DNA of 64,000 nucleotides from a virus (Duplodnaviria > Caudoviricetes). Every line of letters starts with the position of its first letter. The stretch's first letter is position 1. The position numbers and the translations under genes are program-made. The DNA lies in the IMG/VR virus record IMGVR_UViG_3300001868_000007, positions 20,925 to 84,924 of that record; one strand, written 5' to 3'. A model generated the notes under the pieces. That model ran no database searches and was not told the origin of the DNA. It saw nothing but the letters and a program-made list of their open reading frames with translations. This document shows positions 56,350-64,000 of the stretch, piece by piece.

Positions 56350-56379
56350 TTTAGTATTTTTACAATTCAAAGCAAAACT

Positions 56380-57591
56380 ATGGCACTAGACATCAAACCA
56401 TCAACCTCGATTGAGAGAAAACTTCTATTTCTCGAAACCCTACTTAATAGTACAAATAAAGTTTCGAAAATATCTGATAATTCAGTGTTATCGGGAGTAG
56501 CTGGTGGAGTTGCAAAGGTAGCAGGTAAAGCAGAAAAAGATATCGTTTTAGCTGTTTCTCAATTATTTCCCGATTCAGCTTTTGCTGATCAATTAGATCA
56601 TGTAGCGCTAAATTTTGGAGTTGCTTCTCGATTTGGAGCTATTGGATCATCTACTTATTTAAGAATTGTAGCTAATCCTGGCACAATTTATTTAACTAAT
56701 ACTCACGTCTTTGTTGCTACTGGAGGAGTTCATTTTGAATTAGAAGCAGATTTGACGATAGGTAGTTTAGGATTCACTTATACAAAGGTTCGTAGTACAA
56801 TTTCTGGAGTCGCAACTAATGTAGATTCGTTGTCAATTTCTCAAGTATCTCCTAAACCATCTGGACACATTAGCGTTGTAAATGAGTATCAAGCAGTTGG
56901 AGGTAGAGATATTGAAGACGACAGTACTTTTAGAGTAAGAATTAAAGATGGCGCGAATATTCTTGCGCGTGGCACTACAGCTATGCTTGAGCAAGTATTT
57001 ATCAATATCAATCCTAAAGTGCTTAAAGTTTTTAATCAAGGTTCTAACTCGAACGGTAAGATTATTTTATCGATAGCGACTCAAAATGGTGTAGATTTAA
57101 CGCAAACAGAATTAGATGAGTTATTGAGCAAATCTGCACAATATTTTTCATTAACAGAAAATAAGTATTTTGGATATAGTTATTATGGAATCTTGTTAAA
57201 GAATATCTCATATCAACCTATTGATATTTCTTTTAGAGTAGATATAGATAACTCTTATAATTCTGATCAAATCAGAATAGCTATTCAAACAAATATCTCT
57301 AAATACTTAGATTTTAGATTTTTTGATTCATCTACTCAGAAAGTAGAGTGGGATAATCTGCTTGAGATAGTCAAATCAACTCCAGGCATCAAATATGTTA
57401 TGGATCAATACTTTTATCCAAGAGTAGATCTTTCTATTGATAATTTTACATTACCAAGAGTGAGAAGTTTTTTGATGCTAAATTTGCAAGGTCAAGTAAT
57501 TAACAATTATAATGGAACATTATCTCCTGTTTATTATCCAAATATTATAGATAAATCTTACCATCAAACTGTTTTAAATAACATTTTTTAA
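56380..57591 (+). CDS. Baseplate J-like protein
   Basis: A...QLD.VA.NFG..R, GG.D.EDD..FR.RI, T...LE. Confidence 0.88.
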   Translation: MALDIKPSTSIERKLLFLETLLNSTNKVSKISDNSVLSGVAGGVAKVAGKAEKDIVLAVSQLFPDSAFADQLDHVALNFGVASRFGAIGSSTYLRIVANPGTIYLTNTHVFVATGGVHFELEADLTIGSLGFTYTKVRSTISGVATNVDSLSISQVSPKPSGHISVVNEYQAVGGRDIEDDSTFRVRIKDGANILARGTTAMLEQVFININPKVLKVFNQGSNSNGKIILSIATQNGVDLTQTELDELLSKSAQYFSLTENKYFGYSYYGILLKNISYQPIDISFRVDIDNSYNSDQIRIAIQTNISKYLDFRFFDSSTQKVEWDNLLEIVKSTPGIKYVMDQYFYPRVDLSIDNFTLPRVRSFLMLNLQGQVINNYNGTLSPVYYPNIIDKSYHQTVLNNIF

Positions 57592-59201
57592 TGACGATAT
57601 CAAACGATAAAATAAGGATCGAAGGTAACTCTTTAGTTATACGCATGCAGCCAGCAACAGGATTGTTAGCTTTAACTTCGTTTATCTCGACTGAAGTAGG
57701 AGTAACAGGAACAGCTTATTTTGAGAAGTACTTCAGATATGCGTTAAACGGAATAATTTTCAACGATTGGCAACCTTTAACTTTATTAGCGATCACAAAT
57801 ATAATTGTTTCATCTACAGACGATTTATTAATAGAATTAAGCTATCAAAAAGTGGATATAACTGAGGGAGAAAGTTCATTGGGAGTTTTATCGGTTGTAA
57901 TAGAAGGAACAAAAGATACATCTATCTCTCAAAACTTCTTTGATAAAACAGTTTTTAAAGAGTTTTTCGAAAGCGACAGTATTGAGATCTTAGGTTGGTA
58001 TTTGAATGTTTTAGACAAACTTTATCAAAAAGGTATAGTCCCCAATTATATTGATCGATTAAACGATTTCGATAGTCCTGACGATTTTTTAGAGTTTTGG
58101 AAATCAATAGCTAAATTTTTCTCATATTACGTAATATATGCTCGTCAATTTCAGAAATTCTACGAAAGCGAATCTTTATTAGATGAGTACGTTAGCGAGC
58201 GAGGATTGAGGACCTCTATTGAAAATACTTTAAGTGAACTCAATCTTTTGATGACTAGTTTTTATCAACAAATAGCTCATCGAGGTACAAATCATATTCA
58301 AGATCTAGTTGAAAGTGGAGCTGCAATTGATGGCGAATTATTGCGATTGATATGGTACAAACCTGAGGACGAATTTCTTTTTAATTTACACAAAAAAGAA
58401 CACTTCGGATGGAATTTAAGTAATTCCTCACCTTTGTATAGAGGATTATATTTGAATGATAACGCAAATAAATACGGAGACAAGAGTTTCGAACCTCAAG
58501 ATATATCTTTATATCCAACTGGAGGAGTTATCGTAGAAGACGAAAGCAAACAAGTTCTATACACAACCAGCACATTAGGTTCATCTGATTATAAGATTAA
58601 AGTGTCACCCGAACTTGATTATGAATTTTCGTTTTTAATCAAAAAAGAGGCTGCAGCTACTTTAACGGTGAGACTAGAAGCTTACGATAAAGATTTAACT
58701 CTTCTTGATTTAGTATCTCATAAAGACGGCTCCACTAAAAACAATTTCTTCACCACCATAGGATTGAGTAGAGATGACAAATATCTACTTATTAAACTAT
58801 TTCTCTTCAACAAAGATAAAAAAGTCTTCGCTGATGATATAACTAACATTCATCAGGGAGAGAATTTAATTTTAGTTGAAAACGTCAATTGGATAACTCC
58901 CTTTATAACGATTGAAGGAGGTTCTGCTAAAATTTATGGAGTTAGATTTATGCCTTTAAACACTCCTTATTCACATGGTTTACTTCAAGTAAATAATTGG
59001 ATTTCATGCTGGTTGAAGAATCGAAATAATTCTTTACAGATCACATCTATTGAAAACTTTATTAAGAAATATCTCATTCCTTACAACAGTCATCTCTCTA
59101 TTGTAGTTATAGAGGAAGGTGTTACTAGTAGTGGAGAAGAGATCGTAACTACGACGACAACTACTGCAGCCACCACTACTACAACTACAACCACAATATA
59201 A
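57591..59201 (+). CDS. Baseplate wedge (gpI/gp7-like) protein with C-terminal poly-Thr tail
   Basis: Follows J; RGT, KYLIPY..H; ends IVTTTTTTAATTTTTTTI. Confidence 0.7.
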   Translation: MTISNDKIRIEGNSLVIRMQPATGLLALTSFISTEVGVTGTAYFEKYFRYALNGIIFNDWQPLTLLAITNIIVSSTDDLLIELSYQKVDITEGESSLGVLSVVIEGTKDTSISQNFFDKTVFKEFFESDSIEILGWYLNVLDKLYQKGIVPNYIDRLNDFDSPDDFLEFWKSIAKFFSYYVIYARQFQKFYESESLLDEYVSERGLRTSIENTLSELNLLMTSFYQQIAHRGTNHIQDLVESGAAIDGELLRLIWYKPEDEFLFNLHKKEHFGWNLSNSSPLYRGLYLNDNANKYGDKSFEPQDISLYPTGGVIVEDESKQVLYTTSTLGSSDYKIKVSPELDYEFSFLIKKEAAATLTVRLEAYDKDLTLLDLVSHKDGSTKNNFFTTIGLSRDDKYLLIKLFLFNKDKKVFADDITNIHQGENLILVENVNWITPFITIEGGSAKIYGVRFMPLNTPYSHGLLQVNNWISCWLKNRNNSLQITSIENFIKKYLIPYNSHLSIVVIEEGVTSSGEEIVTTTTTTAATTTTTTTTI

Positions 59202-59212
59202 ACGATTTAGTA

Positions 59213-59587
59213 ATGAGTAACTCCATTAATTATGTAATATTTACAGAAGCTTTGAGGGGAGCTTTAAGCTCTCAATTAAAACAAGCCAATCAAGCTAAAG
59301 CTCTTGATGGCGTCGCTCAAGGATTAGCTGTTGCCATAGGAGAACAGATTGAGAGAGAAAATGGGCTAATATATACAGAAATTCTTTTAGGAGAAGTTGA
59401 TGGCTCAAATACCATCTTTACTGTATCACAATCTTATATTTCTGACTCTATATCGATTTATATAAATGGATTACAGGAATTCGATTTTATTTGTTTAAAT
59501 GATACTCAAATAAAGCTAGGATTTGCTCCCTTGAATATAGTTTTTATAGATAGAGTAACAGCAACCTATAAAGCAAAAACAACATAA
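59213..59587 (+). CDS. Fibre-associated protein
   Basis: G.VDG.NT.FT....Y...SI.IY.NGL motif. Confidence 0.6.
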   Translation: MSNSINYVIFTEALRGALSSQLKQANQAKALDGVAQGLAVAIGEQIERENGLIYTEILLGEVDGSNTIFTVSQSYISDSISIYINGLQEFDFICLNDTQIKLGFAPLNIVFIDRVTATYKAKTT

Positions 59588-59591
59588 TACT

Positions 59592-61940
59592 GTGGAACGA
59601 ACAACAATAAGAACAAGCACTCAAGTAAAAGTAGATGCAAACTTTGACGTTCTAAGTCATAAAATAATAAACTTATTGCCTGCTACCTCTGCAGGGCAGG
59701 CAATAGAGTATGCTCAACTGAACACTGCTATTGAAGTTGCTTTGGGAGGACTTATAGGAAAAGAAAATACAGGAGTTGCAGCGGGATTAATTGAGGCCTT
59801 GAATTTAGGCAATGTTATCACACATGATATTGAAGAATTTGAAACAGCTTTAGGCTTCACACCTGAAAATTTAGCAAACAAACAAGATAATTTAACCTTT
59901 GATGGCACAGGGGTTAAATTTCCAACCGTAGATGCTGTAAATGCTGGGCTATCTAGTTTACTTATACCTACTTTACAACAGGTATTAGATACTAATAGTT
60001 ATGCTGAATTTGATGGTGGGTATGTAAATCTTTTAAATGGTGACCCTTTCAATAAATACTTTGAGTTTCAAGTTGAAGATGGAGTTGCTTCTCCAAATAA
60101 AAAGTCAAGTTATTTCTATGCAGACCCTAACTTAGTTGAGATTCAAAACGCGTATGGTGGTACATGGGTAGATATGAGTATTTATAATGGAATATTAAAA
60201 TTAAGTCAAAGCGTTACGGGTGGATGCACTACAGATATTACCTTTACACCCCCCACCTCTAGATCTATTATAAAATTTCCTGCACCCCCTATTGCTGGAA
60301 CTTATACATTAGCTTTAACATCTAATATACCTGTAGTAACAGGGCTTGTTCCTTACTATGGAGCAACCGGAGCTGTTAATTTAGGAGCTTATGATTTAAC
60401 TGTCCAAGGTATACAAATTGGGCTTGGAGGTGGCGCTATTCAAGGTAATATAAGGATAGGTAGTGGTAATTTAGGAGCAAATACCACGGGACAGCAAAAT
60501 ACTGCTATAGGTTATAGCGTTTTAGTCTCAAATACTACAGGGAGAGAAAACTCAGTATTAGGTGGGATGAGTATGGTATATAATACCTCAGGTAGGTATA
60601 ATACAGCTTTAGGAAATTATGCAGGAACCTATCTTTCTGATGGGGCTACTTCAAGAACTACAGGAAATCATGGCTTATACTTAGGGTATAATTCTATGGC
60701 AAGTGCAAATGAACTAATAAATGAAATAGTTATTGGGGCAAATGCTGTTGGCAATGGTAGTAATACAGTAACCTTAGGAAGTGATTCTATAACAGACACT
60801 TATTTAAAAGGCACAGTTCATTTTGAAGTAGCTCCTGGGCTGCCTGTTTTAACTTCTGACATAATAGTAAACCTTTCCGGGGGAAAGACTTTTGGAAAAT
60901 ATGTAAGTGGTACAGTAATACCTGCGACAGGTAAAACAGTAGAGGAGGTAATACGTTTAGCAGCATTAGAGTCAATTAATCCAACAGCATCCGTTTCTGC
61001 CTCTGGGACAATTCCTTATAATTCTACTACAGGAACAATAACCATTTCTATGTCAAGTACCTGCAATAACCCCACTCCTGCGACAATTACAAATTATGTT
61101 TTATCTTACAGACGTGGGACAGGTTCATGGGTACAAATTTATTCAGGTGTTGCAAAGAGCTCTCATACTCATGTAGTAGATTCTCTGTTAACAGGTGATA
61201 ATATTACTAGTTTCAACTATCAGTTGATTGCTACTGATTCAATAGGAGCAATTGTTACAGTGGGAACTCCTCCAAGCAACACAGTTACCCCAGCTCTTTA
61301 TTCAGAACCTACTACTACAGTAGCCACAACGCGTCTTACAAGAGAGTTAGGCGATATAAGTACGTTATTTTCTGGAACAATCAGTCAATTGTCTCAAAAC
61401 GGGGTATCTATTTCTACAAGAACTCTACAGTACAGTTTGAACAATTCCGCATGGGTGACTATTTCAACTGGAACTTTGACAAATACAATCAGTTATACTC
61501 ATAATGACTCTTCTTTAATTAATGCCACTGTAATTTATTATAGGTTAGTAATAGAATGTGTTACTCCCTCAGGTACTCAAATCACTTATTTAGGCGTAAA
61601 TCCTATATCCTTTCTCTACAAATCTGTATTTGGTTATGATTCAAGTGCAACTCCTAGTTTAACTACTATCTTATCAATGGGGAATAGTTCCTTAGGAAAT
61701 ACAAAATCAAAAACTGTGGTAGCTACTGCACCTTCTGGAAATTATACTTATTATGCTTATCGTGCAGCAGCAGGCGATTTAACTGGAATAATAATGGATG
61801 GTGTCACTCCGGTTTTAGGCTCATTTACAAAACAGTCAGATATAGCAGGAGTTAACAGTTTTGGAGCAACTGTAACTTACAGAGTTTATAAATCAAATGC
61901 ACCTGCAGCGTTTACTAACAATTCTCTTGTAATCTCATAA
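59592..61940 (+). CDS. Tail fibre protein
   Basis: PTLQQVL..., G..NTA.G trimeric beta repeats (NTAIGY, NSVLGG, NTALGN), Ig/FN3-like C-terminal part. Confidence 0.8.
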   Translation: MERTTIRTSTQVKVDANFDVLSHKIINLLPATSAGQAIEYAQLNTAIEVALGGLIGKENTGVAAGLIEALNLGNVITHDIEEFETALGFTPENLANKQDNLTFDGTGVKFPTVDAVNAGLSSLLIPTLQQVLDTNSYAEFDGGYVNLLNGDPFNKYFEFQVEDGVASPNKKSSYFYADPNLVEIQNAYGGTWVDMSIYNGILKLSQSVTGGCTTDITFTPPTSRSIIKFPAPPIAGTYTLALTSNIPVVTGLVPYYGATGAVNLGAYDLTVQGIQIGLGGGAIQGNIRIGSGNLGANTTGQQNTAIGYSVLVSNTTGRENSVLGGMSMVYNTSGRYNTALGNYAGTYLSDGATSRTTGNHGLYLGYNSMASANELINEIVIGANAVGNGSNTVTLGSDSITDTYLKGTVHFEVAPGLPVLTSDIIVNLSGGKTFGKYVSGTVIPATGKTVEEVIRLAALESINPTASVSASGTIPYNSTTGTITISMSSTCNNPTPATITNYVLSYRRGTGSWVQIYSGVAKSSHTHVVDSLLTGDNITSFNYQLIATDSIGAIVTVGTPPSNTVTPALYSEPTTTVATTRLTRELGDISTLFSGTISQLSQNGVSISTRTLQYSLNNSAWVTISTGTLTNTISYTHNDSSLINATVIYYRLVIECVTPSGTQITYLGVNPISFLYKSVFGYDSSATPSLTTILSMGNSSLGNTKSKTVVATAPSGNYTYYAYRAAAGDLTGIIMDGVTPVLGSFTKQSDIAGVNSFGATVTYRVYKSNAPAAFTNNSLVIS

Positions 61941-61943
61941 ACT

Positions 61944-64000
61944 ATGGCTTTAAGATACCCAGATGTAATGCAGCATAATAATCCCCAATATTCTATTGTG
62001 GATGCAGATTATGTAAGAGGAGGGGCTCGGTTAGTTACTGACTTGACCTCTTTATATGCTTTAGCCTCTAATGTTGACCAGTTAAAGGAACGAGTTACAA
62101 GAGTCTACGTTTTATCTACATCAAGTTATTATAGTCTTATAGACTTGACAAATGTAGATAATTCTACAGGATGGGTAATAGACTCAAGCTCATTATACTC
62201 AGGAGCAACTGCAGACATAGACATGAGCAGTCACAAACTCACAAACTTGTCTATACCTACTGCTAACGGGGACTCAATACGTGCAACAACTAAGATTACA
62301 GAAGTACGGTTAGAAAGTGCAACAGACCATACTTCAAGTACTTTAAATCCTCACTCTGTAACTAAAGCACAGATAACACTAGGAAATGTAGATAATACTA
62401 GTGACGTAAATAAACCAGTAAGTACTGCACAAGCGACGGCAATAGGACTGAAACAAGATTTGTTAGGATTTATACCTGAAGATTCTGCAAACAAGGGAGT
62501 CAATAATGGTTATGTAGGACTTGACAGTAATGCAAAAATAAGTACTTCAAATTTACCAGATGCTATTTTAGGAGCACTCAAATGGAAGGGAACATTTTCA
62601 ATTGTAAGTAATTTAATATCTTCGGATGATTTGACTTTAGATGGAAATCCATTACCTACTTCGACCACTGACACAAACGGATGGTACTTTATTGTTCAAG
62701 ATTTAGGAGATGTAGGGGGTATACATTTTGAAATTGGAGACTGGCTGATTAGTAATGGCTCTGCTGGTTGGAATATAGTAGATAACACAGATGCTGTAAA
62801 GTCTGTAAATGGGCAATATGGTATTGTTTCTTTAGACTACTCTGATGTAGGGGCACAAGTAGCAGGAACTTACTCTACTGACATTCATACAAACATCACT
62901 GCTTTAGACTTAGTTAGTGGCACAAACACAGGTGACCACGCAGTAAATTCAAACTATAGCGGGTTAGTATCATTTCCGGGATTTGGGATTACTCACGTAT
63001 TGACAGCTTATGGAGACCACGACCATTCAGGGGTATATCAACCAATAGCATCAGTTCTAACTGACACTACAGCTTCTTACACTACTACAGAACAGACAAA
63101 ATTAGCTGCGATTACAGGTATAAACACAGGTGACCAAACACTACCAACGCTATCAAGTCTAGGTGCAGCATCCGCCCTCAATAATGAGGGCTTTGGGGTA
63201 GCTTATTTTCAAAATGGAGGAGATGACCTTTCGGCTGATGCAGTGTCAGCAGCAATTAGAGCAGGAAGCGCATACAAGGATTTTGATGGGAATATAATAT
63301 CTGTAACTTACGTTAAAATTGTAGATGCTAGTGTGTACTCAACTGATATTCACTCAAACATCACTGCTTTAGACTTAGTTAGTGGCACAAACACAGGTGA
63401 CCAAGACATGTCCATTTTAGCACCAAAAGTAGACCCTGATATCACTTCATTATCAGTAACTCAACCTCAGTGGCTTCCTGGCACTATCAATGCTATGTTA
63501 AATACTTTTTCTGTAACTGGTAATGGCACACAATTTATTAAAGATTTTAAGATAGGGGATACAATATCTTTTGGGACTTATACAAAGACAATAACGTCTA
63601 TAACATCTAATACTTCAATGGGTGTGACTAAATTAAGTGCTGTCACTTCAGGGGTATATACATATAGTAATACATCATATGGAACTAGATTTGTTGTTTA
63701 TGGGAATGGTAAAGTAGGAATAAACACAGTTTTACCTCAAACAGAACTTGATATAGATGGTAGCATAACCCCCACTGGTTATATTTACCAACACTATCTT
63801 CACATGGGTGACAGTGTTGGTGACAGACGTTCTTGGAACAATACAGGTATTCTGCAATTTGAAAGGTGTACATCTAATAGTGCAGTTAAAGGAGCAGGTA
63901 TGTGGGTAGCAGATATAGTTGTATCAGGTAATGGTGACGCTGGCATTGGAATGATTCCGACGTTTAAATTTGATGTAAATGGTACTCTAGCAATTAGTGT
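61944..64000 (+). CDS. Tail fibre protein, truncated by the window end (not in ORF track)
   Basis: ATG at 61944, MALKIPDVMQHNNP...; NPH.VTKAQI.LGNVDNTSD.NKPVS.AQ, SGTNTGD repeats, GKVGINT..P...LDI.G; I saw no stop where I translated. Confidence 0.85.
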   Translation, partial: MALRYPDVMQHNNPQYSIVDADYVRGGARLVTDLTSLYALASNVDQLKERVTRVYVLSTSSYYSLIDLTNVDNSTGWVIDSSSLYSGATADIDMSSHKLTNLSIPTANGDSIRATTKITEVRLESATDHTSSTLNPHSVTKAQITLGNVDNTSDVNKPVSTAQATAIGLKQDLLGFIPEDSANKGVNNGYVGLDSNAKISTSNLPDAILGALKWKGTFSIVSNLISSDDLTLDGNPLPTSTTDTNGWYFIVQDLGDVGGIHFEIGDWLISNGSAGWNIVDNTDAVKSVNGQYGIVSLDYSDVGAQVAGTYSTDIHTNITALDLVSGTNTGDHAVNSNYSGLVSFPGFGITHVLTAYGDHDHSGVYQPIASVLTDTTASYTTTEQTKLAAITGINTGDQTLPTLSSLGAASALNNEGFGVAYFQNGGDDLSADAVSAAIRAGSAYKDFDGNIISVTYVKIVDASVYSTDIHSNITALDLVSGTNTGDQDMSILAPKVDPDITSLSVTQPQWLPGTINAMLNTFSVTGNGTQFIKDFKIGDTISFGTYTKTITSITSNTSMGVTKLSAVTSGVYTYSNTSYGTRFVVYGNGKVGINTVLPQTELDIDGSITPTGYIYQHYLHMGDSVGDRRSWNNTGILQFERCTSNSAVKGAGMWVADIVVSGNGDAGIGMIPTFKFDVNGTLAIS
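62890..63403 (+). repeat. 49-bp exact direct repeat (62890-62938 and 63355-63403), 465 bp apart, in frame
   Basis: CAAACATCACTGCTTTAGACTTAGTTAGTGGCACAAACACAGGTGACCA x2. Confidence 0.9.

Noticed and set aside
32891-59195. Poly-Thr tracts as slippage microsatellites or phase-variation tracts
   Set aside because: Codons are mixed ACA/ACC/ACG/ACT, with no long perfect trinucleotide run
497-63873. All minus-strand ORFs in the track (e.g. 497..760, 13255..13668, 33394..33681, 46087..46368, 50323..50640)
   Set aside because: They lie antisense to well-supported + strand genes or RNA genes, have no recognisable motifs, and read as antisense shadows of A-rich coding DNA
1-64000. CRISPR array
   Set aside because: No repeat-spacer array found; the 69-bp LRR repeats are coding, in frame, and their variable parts are related codons, not unique spacers
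1-64000. Genome-wide stop-codon reassignment (TAG=Gln or TGA=Trp)
   Set aside because: Long genes are intact in the standard code, and TAG/TGA end many genes at sensible overlaps; only isolated in-frame stops were seen (12900, possibly 25631)
1-64000. Complete DGR (reverse transcriptase, Avd, template repeat), integrase or transposase
   Set aside because: No YxDD RT motif, recombinase catalytic motifs or second copy of the LRR unit seen in this window; a DGR remains possible outside it

Overview
A 64-kb segment of a large, apparently lytic, contractile-tailed phage genome. Every credible gene is on the + strand; the minus-strand ORFs in the track are shadows. The host is probably a member of Bacteroidota, judged from TAnnTTT(G/C)-type -7 promoter boxes, A-rich leaders without Shine-Dalgarno sites, and lipoprotein/outer-membrane-type small genes. 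Positions 1-28 kb hold early/middle genes: many small hypotheticals, a minimal kinase-like gene, a GT2-like glycosyltransferase, tandem wHTH genes, SF1 and SF2 helicases, a HAD phosphatase, GroES, TerL with a 139-aa mini-intein, a NinG/HNH-like nuclease, a displaced fibre/BspA-LRR adhesin cassette, a tmRNA, two aberrant tRNAs, a DEDDh exonuclease and RNase H. Positions 28-64 kb are a virion module with SPO1/K (Herelleviridae)-like synteny: portal, lysis genes, MuF-like protein, Nudix, ferritin, prohead protease/scaffold, major capsid, neck, sheath, tube, chaperones, tape measure, NlpC/P60 hub, baseplate and fibres. The two most striking unexplained patterns are (1) a family of small genes scattered among the structural genes that share an N-terminal leader, a putative prohead-protease site (hydrophobic-x-K-[G/A/S]) and swappable modules, which looks like a capsid cargo-loading system, and (2) poly-threonine, mucin-like tracts on six proteins of the virion module together with a phage glycosyltransferase candidate, which suggests virion O-glycosylation. 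All functional calls come from motif recognition by eye; no database searches were run.
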